A stretch of 64,000 nucleotides of DNA, taken from positions 3,658,001 through 3,722,000 of the forward strand of contig NC_043006.1 in assembly GCF_006345805.1 (NCBI RefSeq), written 5' to 3'. Made by a program: the position numbers and the translations under genes. The stretch comes from Octopus sinensis (Eukaryota). The notes below the pieces were generated by a model, which did not search any database, was not told where the DNA came from, and worked only from the letters and a program-made list of their open reading frames with translations. This document shows positions 37,814 to 52,459 of the stretch, piece after piece (position 1 is the stretch's first letter; each line of letters starts with the position of its first letter).

Positions 37814-38380
37814 TTGGGTTGTCCGGAAAGTTCATGCCGATTTTTAAAGGAAAGAAAAAGGTCAATAAATACTTGCCATTACATTTTTAATCAACCAAAT
37901 ATGAACTATTTTGTTGCACAATGCGTCTCCATCTTTCCTTTAACTTGAAAATACCCTCTTCCCAGAATTGAGGGGGTTTCATGGCAAAGAATTCATCAAG
38001 GTATCTTTTTACGCCATCCAAGGAACTGACATTTTTACCATTAAGACTGTTCTGCAGAGACCCGAATAAGTGGAAATCCGAAGGAGCAATATCTGGGGAA
38101 TAGGGAGGGTGTGGGTAACACATCCCAGCCGAACTGCAGCAATTTTTGTCTGGTTCCCAAAGCATCAAGTGCCAAAAATGAACTTCCTTATCTTCCATTT
38201 TAAAGGGTTACAGAATTAACACAGATCACAGGAACATAAACCTTCTTCCACGAAAAGATAGCTTAAACGGTGCTCTAAATGGAGGTGTAGCTAAATCCTA
38301 TTTTATGGACTCAACCATGTTCTAAAATAAGTCGAAAGATAAGCTACTATAAATCGGCACAAACTTTCCGGACAACCCAA
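37814..38380 (-). mobile_element. Internally deleted mariner (567 bp), both TIRs and TA duplication intact
   Basis: 30-bp TIR TTGGGTTGTCCGGAAAGTT(CA/TG)TGCCGATTT with 2 mismatches; N-terminus MEDKEVHFWHLML joined to RQKLLQFGWDVL..HPPYSPDIAPSDFHLF. Confidence 0.95.
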
Positions 38381-38731
38381 TAATTTTCAGGAGGTAGACG
38401 TACCTAGCTTTCGATTTGTCCGACAAAATCGTCGAGCAGGGGAGCACAACTTTTCCTGATATCGCTTCCCAGCATTTATTTTTTCTTAGAGACTCTTCCC
38501 AAATTCAAAACTTCTTAGCTTAGTACATCAGCAAAGCTTTTTCTGTTATTGTTTGTGCTGTGAAAACTTTCTTTCTCTCTTCGCTATCGCCATTGGCTGT
38601 GTTTACATAACAAATGTGTTTGTTTGTGCTTTGCTGTGTAAATTTTAAATTGTCGATGTTTGGGTTTATGGTTGTAATTACATAATTTTAAATGTCATAA
38701 TGTTTCTTGATTCTTTATTTTTACATTCTAG

Positions 38732-38773
38732 GTTTTAATTTTCAACAAATTTTTCTCCGAAGAACTCCAGACG
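38732..38773 (+). CDS. Candidate 42-nt exon (phase 0 VLIFNKFFSEELQT; phase 1 GFNFQQIFLRRTPD)
   Basis: ttctttatttttacattctag | ... ACG | gtaaaa; length divisible by 3. Confidence 0.4.
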
Positions 38774-39018
38774 GTAAAAAAAAAATAATGTCGTCAAAAA
38801 TTTTTAAATAAAAATATTTTTAAAATTGATTTTTCAAAGACAGACCCATTACCTCCCTGCGGTGATGGATCAAGCGTCTAAGAATTCCAGAAGTTTCTTT
38901 TCTATCTTTTCTTTTTTTTCTTTTTTAAAATATAACAAGAAATTTTTTTGTTCTTTAAATGAAATGTTATGAATTAAAGAAGTACTGAGAACAAATCGAA
39001 ACAAGCTCATTGGCAGCA

Positions 39019-39055
39019 TATAATAATGATAATAATAATAATAACAACAATAATG

Positions 39056-39153
<98 letters not shown>

Positions 39154-39237
39154 AAGAAGATGATGATGATGATGAGGAGGAGGAGGAGGAGGAGGAGGAT
39201 GATGATGATGATGATGGCGATGATGATAATGATGATG

Positions 39238-39268
<31 letters not shown>
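39019..39268. repeat. Compound (TAA)(GAA)(GAT)(GAG)(GAT) tract
   Basis: Directly visible. Confidence 0.95.
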
Positions 39269-39271
<3 letters not shown>

Positions 39272-39330
39272 CTTTTATTTGCCGCGGATGATTAGGGACA
39301 GTACACAGTCGAATATAAAGTGTAAAAATT
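39269..39330 (-). mobile_element. Short 3' tail remnant of a Tx1-like LINE
   Basis: Minus ctgtgtactgtccctaatcatccgcggcAATAAAagaa(atc)n resembles the tail at 36431-36495. Confidence 0.5.
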
Positions 39331-39451
39331 AACAATGAATCAAATGTTTAAAAAATCTTTGAAATATACAGGGTATACAATACGTATGTGTATGTGTGTA
39401 TGTATATATATATATTGTATATATATGTATATATATATATATATGTACATA

Positions 39452-39518
<67 letters not shown>

Positions 39519-39531
39519 GATATATATATAT

Positions 39532-39564
<33 letters not shown>

Positions 39565-39944
39565 GCATATATATATGTATATATATGCATATATATATAT
39601 AGTCACACACTAAAAAATGTATGATTTAAAACAACAACGAATGAAATCGAATGAATGATTCAAATTTAATGGCTAATTATGCAGTAATTGTAAACTTTAT
39701 TGATTATTACCTCATAATTTAATGCATTGCAAATATTTATAGTGGTCGGCAGAGTACATTTCATATGGTGACAATTGCGTTCCGTCCACTCACCCTCAGA
39801 AAATGACAAACAATAAAAATATGAACTGTATCATAACAGGAAAAATATCATAAATAGACACGAGAGAAATATGTTTTAATCCATTTTTATTTTTGTCTTT
39901 TAGTTGTCAGAGCTGACGAAATGTGCATAGTCTTCGCAGCCCGT

Positions 39945-40880
39945 CAAGGGATAGTGAGACTAATGTGGCTAATGTTTGCTTTGAATAGTTGCAAATTGCA
40001 ACTATTGCAGCTGCTTGCAGGAAAATGTGGGCAGATAGGTCCTTTTTTGAGGACTATTGTTATGGGGAACAGGGATTGGGCGTAATCGTGGCGGGGAAGC
40101 AATATTAGTAATGAAAAAGGGGATATAGTAATGAAAGGAGGAGAGTTTGAAGCATCTGACTGGAAGGTGACACGAGACAAGATAACACCGAGGATCAAAC
40201 GCCAGTAATGGCAGACACGGGCTGTAGCACATCTGTGGAGTAAAGGTTGTACGCTAATCAGTTCTCGTGATGCAGTCGATGACAGCAGCAACGTCACACT
40301 TGTAGAAGCTGCATTTCATTATGGATCTCAATTGGCTTATTAGAGTGTTAATAATTGTTTTTCTCGCTCCGAAAAAGATAAAGATCAGGTTTCCAGATGC
40401 AGTCCTTACTGTTAAGGATATGCTTTCACCATAAGAGATCCACACTAACAGAAAGGCATAGCATTTGCAGAGATCATGAGAACTTTAGGTGTGCGTTGAA
40501 TATGATTTTAGTAGGGTAAAATGTGGTCACATTATGATATAGGCTGACTGTATTATATTGCACAGCACCATTGGGAGATACTTTCATGATCTCTGTTCAC
40601 GGAATGATTAGAAATATGGCATATTTGATTGAATGTGGATGAGGTTTAAGATCTGCAGCTTAAGCATCGTCTGCCTGAGACTAACTTTGTATTTGAAGAT
40701 ACGCTAGTCACTGATGTATAGGTGGAAATACGTAGGAATAAAAGTGAATTCCGGGGGTACAGCTGTGTTGAAAGGGTGTGAAAAAGAAACGTTCTGGCAG
40801 CACAAGCCGCAATTGTACATTCTGATGGGATCCAGTTTAATACCAGCAACCCAGATTGAAGGCTTAATAAATCATACACA
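39945..40880 (-). mobile_element. Decayed APE-type LINE 3' part (CR1/Jockey-like group)
   Basis: Fragments LTVRTASGNL..GARK..SQLRSIM, QPLLHRCATARVCHYWR, QSLFPIT, NLQLFKANISHISL. Confidence 0.6.
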
Positions 40881-41119
40881 TATTTTCTAAAAACAAGTGC
40901 AAAGAACCGTTAACTTTGTAATAAGATCGGGGGGGGGGGGAGAGAGTTCTATTTTCCTTTTGGGAAAAAAAGAGAGATTTCAAAAAGAAGATTGGCAGTG
41001 ATTGACTACCCGTCATCTGTCTCATGACGGCGAGTAAGAGGAAAGTTTGAAGTCACTGTCACCATGTTACTTGTAAGAATTCATAAATGCCGTATTCTAC
41101 AAAGGGACATTGAGTGATC

Positions 41120-41382
41120 GTAATTTAATTAATACTCTCTTGCTCTTTTACTTGTTTCAGTTATTTGACTGTGGTCATGCTGGAACACCACCTTTAGTCG
41201 AATAAAATCGACCCCAGGACTTATTCTTTGTAAGCCTAGTACTTATTCTATCGGTCTCTTTTTGCCGAGCCGCTAAGTTACAGGAACATAAACACACCAG
41301 CATCGGTTGTCAAGCGACGGTGGGGGGGGGGCAAACACAGACACAAACAACAAAGACATACATATATATATATATATATTAT

Positions 41383-41424
<42 letters not shown>

Positions 41425-41592
41425 ATATATACACGACGGGTTTCTTTCAGTTTCCGTCGACCAAATCCACTCACAAGGCTTTCGTCGGTCCGAGGCTAAA
41501 GCAGAAGACACTTGCCCAAGATGCCACGCAGTAGGTCTGAACCCGGAACCATGTGGTTGGTAAGCAAGCTTACCACACAGCCACTCCTGCGC
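41120..41592 (-). mobile_element. SINE S2
   Basis: Family motifs as above. Confidence 0.9.
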
Positions 41593-42135
41593 ATATAACT
41601 TTACATAGGAAAAACATTCATATGTATGTATATGTATTAATATTGTCATATCCACACATAAGATCTAAGCAATCTTTTGCATCAGTTTAAAATGATAGTA
41701 AAATTATAAAACGACAATTTCAATATATTTTCACAAAAATAGCGTTTTTATTGTCGATTAAGGGCACAATATTTGCTCAAATCCAGCTATTATCTCCTTT
41801 CTTCTTCCCTCACTCTCTCTCTCTCTCTCTCTTTCTCTTACTTTGATTCCTGTGCAGTCACATCCTCTTCTACCATAGGTTTCCATCTTCAAACTGCATC
41901 ATCATCTCTGCCTTCCAATCTGAGTTGCATCGTTATTCTGTACTTTACAATATTATTATAACAAACACATATTTACAGAAACGAAAGAAAACCTGAATAA
42001 GTGTATGTGTGTGTGTGTTTGTGTGTGTGCGTATATATGGGTGGGGAGTGTGTGTGCATGTGTGTGGGCATGAGTGTAGACGCGCACGTACGCATACATA
42101 CATGCATATATGTGTGTGTTGTGTGTACATGTATG

Positions 42136-42170
<35 letters not shown>

Positions 42171-42179
42171 TGAATGCGT

Positions 42180-42482
42180 TAGGCTTTGTGGTTAGGGGTA
42201 TTCAGCTCATGGTCGTAAGGGCATGAGTTCAATTCCCGGCGATGCGTTCTGCCCTTGAGCAAGACACTTTATTTCACGTTGCACCAGTCCACTCAGCTGG
42301 CAAAAATGAGTAGTACCTGTATTTGAAAAAGGGCCTGGCTTGCCACTTTCTGTGTCACGCTGAAGTTCCCAGTGATCTACATTAATAGTACGCGTGTCTG
42401 TGGAGTGTACGTTAATTTCCCAAGCAGCTGTTCCGTTGATCGAATCAACTGGAACCCTCCTCGTCGTAACCGACGGAGTGCC
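42180..42482 (+). mobile_element. SINE S4
   Basis: gagttcaattcccgg B-box; ccttgagcaagacactttatttcacgttgcaccagtccactcagctgg; tail gtaaccgacggagtgcc. Confidence 0.75.
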
Positions 42483-42535
<53 letters not shown>

Positions 42536-42699
42536 TACGAAGTAGTAGGGTCTAATCGATCGTGGCGAAGCAGTTGGCTAGCCTCTGCTCTCTACAGGAT
42601 CGTATAGAAAACAAGACGGAAACGATGACGGATCAATAAAGTTTACAAATCCATGTAGCAAACACATTTGTGTCTATAGTAGAACGGATTATCAGTATC

Positions 42700-43020
42700 A
42701 TTAGGGTTGTAAGCTGGCAGACACGTTAGGATGCCGGTCAAAATGCTTAGCGGCATTTCGTTCGTCATTACATTCTGAGTTCAAATTCCACCGACGTCGA
42801 CTTTACTTTTTATTCTTTCAAGGTTGATAAAATAAGTACCGGTCAAATACTGTAATTGACTTATGCTCCCCTCAAAAGCTACTGGCTCTCTGCCAAAATT
42901 TGGGATCATTATTATTACTAGTAAGACAGCGAGCTAGCAGAAACATTAGTATGCCGGACAAAATGCTTAGAGGCATTTCGTCCGTTTTCACCTTCTAAGT
43001 TTTAAATGCCGCCAAAGTTG
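42700..43020 (+). mobile_element. Two tandem SINE S1 copies
   Basis: agctggcagacacgttag...gagttcaaattcc; gagctagcagaaacattag. Confidence 0.8.
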
Positions 43021-43289
43021 ATTTTTTTCTTTGGTACTACACTGGGGAAGTGAATAAAAGTTTCAAGCTACCCCACTACGTATCTGGTATTTATATCTGG
43101 AAATATTTAAAATAAAATAAAAAAATCAAGGATGTCAATGTTTGCTTATATCGCCTGCAGCACTTCACTGGTGTTTTATCATATCGACTCCGGTTGACTG
43201 ATTGGCAAATTTGATCTCGGTATGATTTGATATCAGAATATAAAGAACCATAAGACATCGTAAGCAATTATTTCACTCCCCTCCTGTGT

Positions 43290-44098
43290 CTGGTATCCAA
43301 CCCGTCCACTATCCTAAGATAATTGCTTCTGAATTAGAGTCAAAGGCTTAAATTTAGGGTGAGGGACTTGTTACCGTGGACCTCAGTACTTGGCTAGCAC
43401 TTTATTTTATCGACTTTGAATGGTGAAAAACAAACGTAACCCACGGTGGGATTTAAACTCGCAGCGTAATTCGATATCGTAAGTACTTGTTCATTATCCT
43501 ACTGTGTCTGACAGTTTAATCTTTCACAATCACACAAAGAAAAGAAAAATAACACGTTGAAGAATTGAAGAAAGAAACTATTTTAAACAAATTTTTAAAA
43601 TGTAAAGCAAAAAAGAAAAAAAGAAATTTTTAGAATTACTCGAAGAAACAAGATTGCCAAGAATCATAGATTAGAAAATCTAACAACCAATCCCTCCACT
43701 ATTCTAAGATAATTATTTTCCGAATTACAGGCAAGGGCTGAAATTTGGCGCGAGGGTCTTGTAGATAGTAGGAACCTCACCACTTGGCTGGTACTCTATT
43801 TTATCGACCGTGAAAGGATGAAAGTCAAAGTTGACTCACTGCGAGATTTGAACTCACAACGAAACTAGATGTCTTTTTATCTTTTATTTTTTACTGGTTT
43901 CAGTCATTTGACTGCGGCCATGCTGGAGCACCGACTTGAAGGGTTTTAATCGAGCAGATCGATTAAAGGCTAATTACCTTTTTAGGCCTAGTACTTATTC
44001 TATCGGTTTTTTGTCGAAACGCTTAGTTACGTGGACGTAAACACACCACCACCGGTTGTTAAGCGGTGGTGGGGGGCAAACAAAGAATCAGAGACACA

Positions 44099-44171
<73 letters not shown>

Positions 44172-44450
44172 AATATATATGTATGAGTCTTTCAGTTTCC
44201 GTCAAGCAAATCCACTCACATGGCTTTGATCGTATCAGTTCATTATTCTATTATCCTACGGGGTCAAAAAACCGAGCCCTTTACAATCACACAATGAAAA
44301 AAACAAAAATAACTATAAAAGTTTAAAAAAATGAATAAAGCGATAAATTTTAAACAAGTTTTAAAAAGTGAAGGGGGAAGAAAAAAGAATTTGGTTTTTA
44401 AATTACACGAAGAAACAAGATTGCCAAGAACCATAGATGAGAAAATCAAA
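43290..44450. repeat. Old local duplication with a conserved ~45 bp core (43636-43680 and 44403-44447); includes S1 remnants and an S2 copy (43880-44230)
   Basis: Identical 23-mer cgaagaaacaagattgccaagaa in both; flanks alignable but diverged. Confidence 0.7.
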
Positions 44451-44479
44451 CCGAATAATTGGGAACCAATGAAATCGTT

Positions 44480-44730
44480 TGTCCTCGGATGAGGATTTGT
44501 TTCATGGCGTCACGGCTTTCGTACAGCGTGGTGTGGTGGTACGTGTCGAGAACTGGATGAATGTGCAAACTGCAGTTAACGGTTTCTCACCATTCTCGGG
44601 TTACAGAGTCTTTGTTCAGAGCTTCAGCAATAATAAATAGAACCACGCTCTTTGCACACAGCAGTCTTGGTTAGCGTGAGTCCTCGGTGGTAGAGGGCCG
44701 TTGATATCGGGAAGAGACGCCATTTTGGAG
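44480..44730. promoter_or_regulatory. CpG-rich promoter-like patch
   Basis: CGCCATTTT (YY1-like) at 44718-44726, GCGTCAC, donor-like sites on both strands (gtgagt 44676; minus ATG|gtgaga at 44591). Confidence 0.3.
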
Positions 44731-45011
44731 AAGGATGAAAATGTATCAGAATTCGGCAATGTTTTGTTTGTTTACTCTGGTAGAGTACATGACTTCAACT
44801 TCATTAGTTTTCATTCTGTCATTCATTCACTTTCTTTTTCGCTTTCATTCTGTTTCGGACCAAATGCGCATGCAGCAAAAGTAGCAATTATATTCATATT
44901 CAATTCAAAATTTCAGAATGTATATATATATATATGTGTGTATGTATGTATGAATGTATATATATATATTATATATATATATATATGTATGTATATATGT
45001 ATGTATGTATG

Positions 45012-45114
<103 letters not shown>

Positions 45115-45288
45115 ATGTGTGTGTGTATGTATGTATGTGTATGTATGTATGCATGTATATTGCAGCGTGGAAGGTGTTTGTAGGCCATTTAAGAAACACA
45201 CAAAAACCGTTCGATTCACTTCAACATTTAAGTTTATGCACGCACACACACACTATAAACTTAAAGCTATGTATGTATGTTTATGTAT

Positions 45289-45324
<36 letters not shown>

Positions 45325-45335
45325 GTATGTATGTA

Positions 45336-45407
<72 letters not shown>

Positions 45408-46229
45408 TGTATGTATGTATGTATGTATGTATGTATGTATGTATATATATACATATGTATGTATATATGTAGTCACAGATAACCAATTTTTTCCTAAATT
45501 TCTCATTCATAGAGCTCGTCTCCCGTTGTCTCTGTGATTCTCCCTCTTCACCTATCTTCGCCCCTTTTTCATAAAAATCTCTTTCTCCACATCTCTCTGT
45601 CATTATCTGTGTCTTCCTCTTCTCTCTCTCTCTCTCTCAGATACAAAATAAATGAAAAACTAATTCTTAAAACTGACCGGAATCAGTGCATTCCCGTCTT
45701 TCAATTTTGTCCGATCGTTTGAGTTTTCAGGTTATCTCCCTTCGTTATCTCTGTCGTATTCTTTCTCCACCTCTCTTTATCCGTTTGTTTTTGTCAGTCT
45801 CTTTCACTTCCTTTCTGTCTCTTTCACACACTCTCACTCTCATTGTTTCACAGACATACTCTGTACTGTAACACAGAAGTAATTCTCGAATTCATGAAGG
45901 AGTCAGACGTTTCTTACTACATGTTCTGTGCGCGAAAATGCATATGGGTGTATATATATGTATATATGCATATGGGTGTATGCCTGTGAGAGTATCTCAT
46001 TTCAAACATTTCCATTCTCTCTGTATATTTCTCTTTCATTCTAACTTTAACATTCTTTTTTACTATATCTCTATGGAAACTGTTTACAGGGTCGAGTGAT
46101 CTTCTAGAAATAGAAACCAAATCTCCCACAACTTACAACTTGACTTCTTAGAATATAAATGTTATTTTTTAATGTAGATCCTAAAGTACGATATCAGAAA
46201 ATTTTTTTTAATAAAAACAGAAAAATAAA

Positions 46230-46280
<51 letters not shown>

Positions 46281-46705
46281 GAGAAAACCTCTGAATACAT
46301 AGATTTCCTTGATCAGGAGCGAACTGGAGCTAGACAACAGTAAGCTCCAAGAAATAGCAATCATATTTATCAAAAATCAGTCTACTATTTTATAAAAAAT
46401 AGCGAGATTGGATGAAAGGATCTCAGAAATACAGTCCGACAGAAAAAAATGGTGCGGGTGGTGGTCACGACTGGAATGAATTGTTAGACCAAGGTGTACC
46501 TGACACGAAACAACAACACAGGAATATGCCAAATAATTTTTCCCCATATTTATGCTTCATTTCTTTCTTTCCGTTCTCTTTCTTTTTTCACACTATTTTC
46601 TAGATTTCGTATTCTCGTTAATTTTCATTAAACTTCTTGTTCTGTCTTCCGTTTCCTGCTCCGCATACTTCTGCTCTACTCACTTTCTGTCTTCTGCAAA
46701 TTTGA

Positions 46706-47114
<409 letters not shown>

Positions 47115-47225
47115 GGAAAGTGTACGAAAATAACAAAAGACGAAGGCAGGTGGAGTACAAACAAATGTATTAGTATATATATATATATATATAAATAAAT
47201 GCATGTGTGTATCTATGTATCTATG

Positions 47226-47261
<36 letters not shown>

Positions 47262-47338
47262 TGTATGTATGTATGTATGTATGTATGTATGAATATATGT
47301 ATGTATGTAATGTGTGCATGTATGTATTTATGTACGTA

Positions 47339-47820
47339 TGCGAGATCTGTCTGAAAAGTAACGGGACTAGTGTCACAAAAAATTTTACTTCAATTTCAAG
47401 CAACAAACTACATGATTTCCCCTTCAAAGTAATCCCCCACGAGTCTAATGCATTTTCCCATCCTTCTCTGCTACGCTTCTCTGCACTGCTGGAAGGATTC
47501 ATCTGGGACGCCCCTCAGCTCCGTCGTTACCGCCCTCTTGATGGTCTCCACGCCTTTAAAATGGGTCCCCTTGATGATTCCCTTTAGCTTGGGGAAAAGG
47601 AAAAAAGGCACACGCAGCAAGATCAGGTGAACAAGAAGCGATGTTCTGTTATGGCGATGTTCTCGGCCAGGAATTGCCTGATGCTGAGGACGCTGTGCGC
47701 AGATGCATTGTCGTACATTCGCTCATTTGATACCACGTGATGGCGTCCGAAGTAAGCTCCCTATACGATATCGAGAGCTAGAGAACAACGGATGTTCCAG
47801 ACCAGGTGAGATAACTCGTA
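47339..47820 (-). mobile_element. Mariner deletion derivative, transposase C-terminus
   Basis: Minus fragments DNASAHSVLSIRQFLAEN, FPKLKGIIKGTHFKGVETIKRAVTTELRGVPDESFQQC; TIR-like cgagatctgtctgaaaagtaacgggact at left; right TIR poor. Confidence 0.75.
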
Positions 47821-47899
47821 TCTAGATGACCGAGAATGGTAGTTATTGATATTTCGCCATTTTTGTGCCGAAATATCGATATATATATATATTATTCTC

Positions 47900-48265
47900 T
47901 TCTTTTATTCTTTTACTTGTTTCAGTCATTTGACTGCGACCATGCTGAAGCACCGCCTTAAAGGGTGGTAGTCGAGGAAATTGACCCAGGACTTATTCTT
48001 TGTAAGCCTGGTACTCATTCTATCGGTGACATAAACACACCAGCATCGGCTGTGAAGTGACGGTGAGAGGGCAACTACACACAACCACAAATACACACAA
48101 ACACACACACACACACATATATAAGACAAGCTTCTTCCAGTGTCCATCTACCAAAGCTACTCACAAAGCTTTAGTCGCCCCGAGGCTATAGAAGACACGC
48201 CGTGGGACTGAACCCGGAGCCATGTGTTTGGGAAGCAAGTTTCTTACCACACAGCCACGCCTGCA
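47900..48265 (-). mobile_element. SINE S2 with deletions
   Basis: Family motifs. Confidence 0.85.
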
Positions 48266-48682
48266 CCTATATTATGTATGTATGTATGCATGTATGTATG
48301 TATGTATGCATGTATGTATGCATGTATGTATGTATGTATGTATGCATGTATGTATATGTAGGTAGATATGTATATTTATATACATTTATATATAGATATG
48401 TATATATACATTCATAGTTTCGGCCATCATCAGATGATGGCTTTGCCGGTCGAACCTTTGAAGTCACTGTCAGCAATATTCTTATTTAAAATTAATAAAT
48501 ATATATTCTACAGAATTATAGTGGAACCCATCAGATTAATGTAAAATTGTTTTTATTATAACTGAACATGGAAATAAACACTCATATATGTGAGTGCGTG
48601 TGTGCGTGCGCGCGTTTGTGGTATATATATATATATATACATTTACATATGCATATACATCAATATGTTCATATATATATAT

Positions 48683-48912
48683 TTCTTTACTACCCACAAG
48701 GGGCTAAACATAGAGGGCACAAACAAGGACAGACATAGGTATTAAGTCGATTACATCGACCCCAGTGCGTAACTGGTACTTATTTAATCGACCCTGAAAG
48801 GATGAAAGGTAAAGTCGACCTTGGCGGCATTTGAACACAGAACGTAACGGCAGACGAAATACGGGTACGCATTTCGCCCGGCGTGCTAACGTTTCTGCCA
48901 GCTCGCCGCCTT
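48683..48912 (-). mobile_element. SINE S1, young copy
   Basis: Close match to 13547-13780. Confidence 0.9.
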
Positions 48913-49272
48913 ATACATATATAGCTTCGTATGTGTGTGTTCGTGTGTGAGAACATTTGTATATGTGTGTGTGTATATATATGTGTGTGTGTGTGTGTAA
49001 ATACGATCCAGGGATCCGAGGAATTTTGTTAAGCTTCAAGCAATCGGCGTCTAGAATATAGAACAGAATTTAAGGTTATAAGATAAGGTATAATAACAAA
49101 TTCATTGCCGTCTTAAGTTACACACTAATTCCCATAACCGAAGTTACAACGAATTCTGATAAGCCGAGAGTTTACAACTCGCTGTTAACTTATACTGTTA
49201 AAAATGCACCTAATTTTCGATTATATATACACATACATATATGCATGCATACATGTATGTATACATGCGCGT

Positions 49273-49705
49273 ATTAGGTGTGTATGTATGTATACTCTTT
49301 TACTCTTTTACTTGTTTCAGTAATTTGACTGTGGCCATGCTGGAGCACCGCCTTTAGTCGAGCAAATCGACACCAGGACTTATTCTTTATAAGCCTAGTA
49401 CTTATTCTATCGGTCTCTTTTGCCGAGCCGCTAAGTTACGGGGACGTAAACACACCAGCATCGGTTTTCAAGCAATGTTGGGGGGGGGGACATATACATA
49501 CACATGCACACACACACACACACACTTATATATATATATATATACACATATATACGACGGGCTTCTTTCAGTTTCCTTCTGGTAAGGCTTTGGTCGGCCC
49601 GAGGCTATAGTAGAAGACACTTGCCCAACGTGCCACGCAGTGGGACTGAACCCGGAACAATGTGGTTCGTAAGCAAGCTACTTACCACGCAGCCACTCCT
49701 ACGCT
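49273..49705 (-). mobile_element. SINE S2
   Basis: Family motifs. Confidence 0.9.
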
Positions 49706-50282
49706 TGTATGTATGTATGTATGTATGTTTATTTGTATGTGGCTAAGCTACCGTCATTACTCTAGCGTTTCTGCATTTTTAAGCATCCTTCGCTAATCAC
49801 CATAGCGAAACAAAAACAATGAACGTCACTGATGAAAATATAAGATGTGTGAAGAACACACACTCCCCAGTTGGTGGTCGGCGGGTCTCACGTTAATCAC
49901 GTACGAAATAAACAGAAAAAGAAAAGATCGGCAAAAACTCAAGTGATGCGACAGAAAAGATAGGTCATTGGATAGTGTCGGAAAGAGGCAATAATTGTTG
50001 GTAAATAGATAAATGTTCAATTGTATAGACATGTTCACGCATAAATTCGTACGTACATATATGCACATATATACCCACACATAGAAAAAAAAACATATGT
50101 GTATCTATGTACATATACATATATGTGCGTACGTGCCTACATAAACACATAAACTCACACGCATGCACTTACGTACATACACACATACAGGAGCGAGAAC
50201 GATCGTACTTCATATATGCATACACGCATACTTACATTCATATATACTTGTATGCATAGACACACATAATAATATACTCAAG

Positions 50283-50328
50283 TATACATACATACATACA
50301 TACACACATAAATACATAAATACATACA

Positions 50329-50362
<34 letters not shown>

Positions 50363-51310
50363 CATACATACACACATAAATACATAAATACATACATACA
50401 TACATACATACATACATACATACATACATACATAAATACATACATACATACATACATACATACATACATACATAAATACATACATACATACATAAATACA
50501 TACATACATATATATATACATACATACATACATACATAAATACATACATACATACATACATACATACATACATACATACATACATACATACATACATACA
50601 TAAATACATACATAAATACATACATACATACATAAATACATACATACATATATACATACATACATACATACATACATACATACATACATACATTCATACA
50701 TACATAAATACATACATACATACATACATACATACATAAATACATACATACATACATACATACATAAATACATACATACATACATACATAAATACATAAA
50801 TACATACATAAATACATACATACATACATAAATACATACATACATATATATATACATACATACATACATAAATACATACATAAATACATACATACATATA
50901 TATATACATACATACATACATACATAAATACATACATACATACATACATACATAAATACATACATAAATACATACATACATACATAAATACATACATACA
51001 TACATAAATACATACATACATATATATATACATACATACATACATACATAAATACATACATAAATACATACATACATACATAAATACATACATACATATA
51101 TACATACATACATACATACATACATAATACATACATACATACATACATACATTCATACATACATAAATACATACATACATACATACATAAATACATACAT
51201 ACATACATAAATACATACATACATACATAAATACATACATAAATACATACATACATACATAAATACATACATACACAAATACATACGTACATACATACAT
51301 ATATGCATAC
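50283..51310. repeat. ~1 kb (CATA)n array with interspersed AATA/TATA variants
   Basis: Directly visible. Confidence 0.97.
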
Positions 51311-51583
51311 ATACGTGTAATTAAAAAACACACTTTTCGGACTTATAAATAACAAACTAATGAAAAATATGCCGTTACCCCATCTGGATTATAGCTCTAC
51401 ATTAATGGCTATCGGGCGCTTCGGTACTTATCTAACTGCCTTTGCTGTAATCTCGAGAACCTGGGTTTCACAGAAGCCGTAAGAACACGAATAATTAGAA
51501 AATTACAGCTACAATCCATTAGAAGCACGGTGAAAATATGTGAAGCATTCAAGAAGTTTAGTTTGTAATAAGTTTATATATAC

Positions 51584-51662
<79 letters not shown>

Positions 51663-51752
51663 AACATATATATATATATATATATATACGCACACATACA
51701 CATATATATAGAGAGAGAGACAGACAGGAAGGCATGTAGATAGATATATAGC

Positions 51753-51800
<48 letters not shown>

Positions 51801-52459
51801 CACACACACACATATATATATATACACACACACATGTAGATAGGCATGCATTTGTGTGCGGAGACATAATTAAATGAAAGCAGCGAATCTCACATGCTGT
51901 AATATGCTTGCTGTGTCTTGATGTTATGGCATGCGTGGTTCCACATCCGTATGTACGAGATTTCATGTATGAATGCGGTCATGCAAACATGCCTAAGTAT
52001 TCGTATATATCTGTAGACGTAGATGTGTATGCATGTATATATTCGGAGGTACAAGCCTGCATACGCGCGTGCCTGCTTCTGTACATATCCTGTTAAATGT
52101 TATCATAATTTCTATGAAAGAGTTTTGTTTTGGGGTTAAAAATTGACTCTTTCTCTATTGAAGGAAGCCATTCGAAGACTAAAATTAAAATTACAAACAT
52201 TGCATACATACATACATGCATGCATATATACACACACACATACATACATGCATACATGCATACATGGTGGCTGCCCCCTCGTTATCGAGTATGGCCATTG
52301 CACGAAGCTTAATCAATGTTGTTATCGTGCAATGCCTGTGCAAGAAGATTTTTTTTAAAGTGAGGAAAGGCTGTGCACTGAGTCAATCTCACTCACTAAG
52401 CAACAGCAGCCATAATCCGAAAAGAAGAACAAGTCAACATCATCGGTAACCACTGAGCC

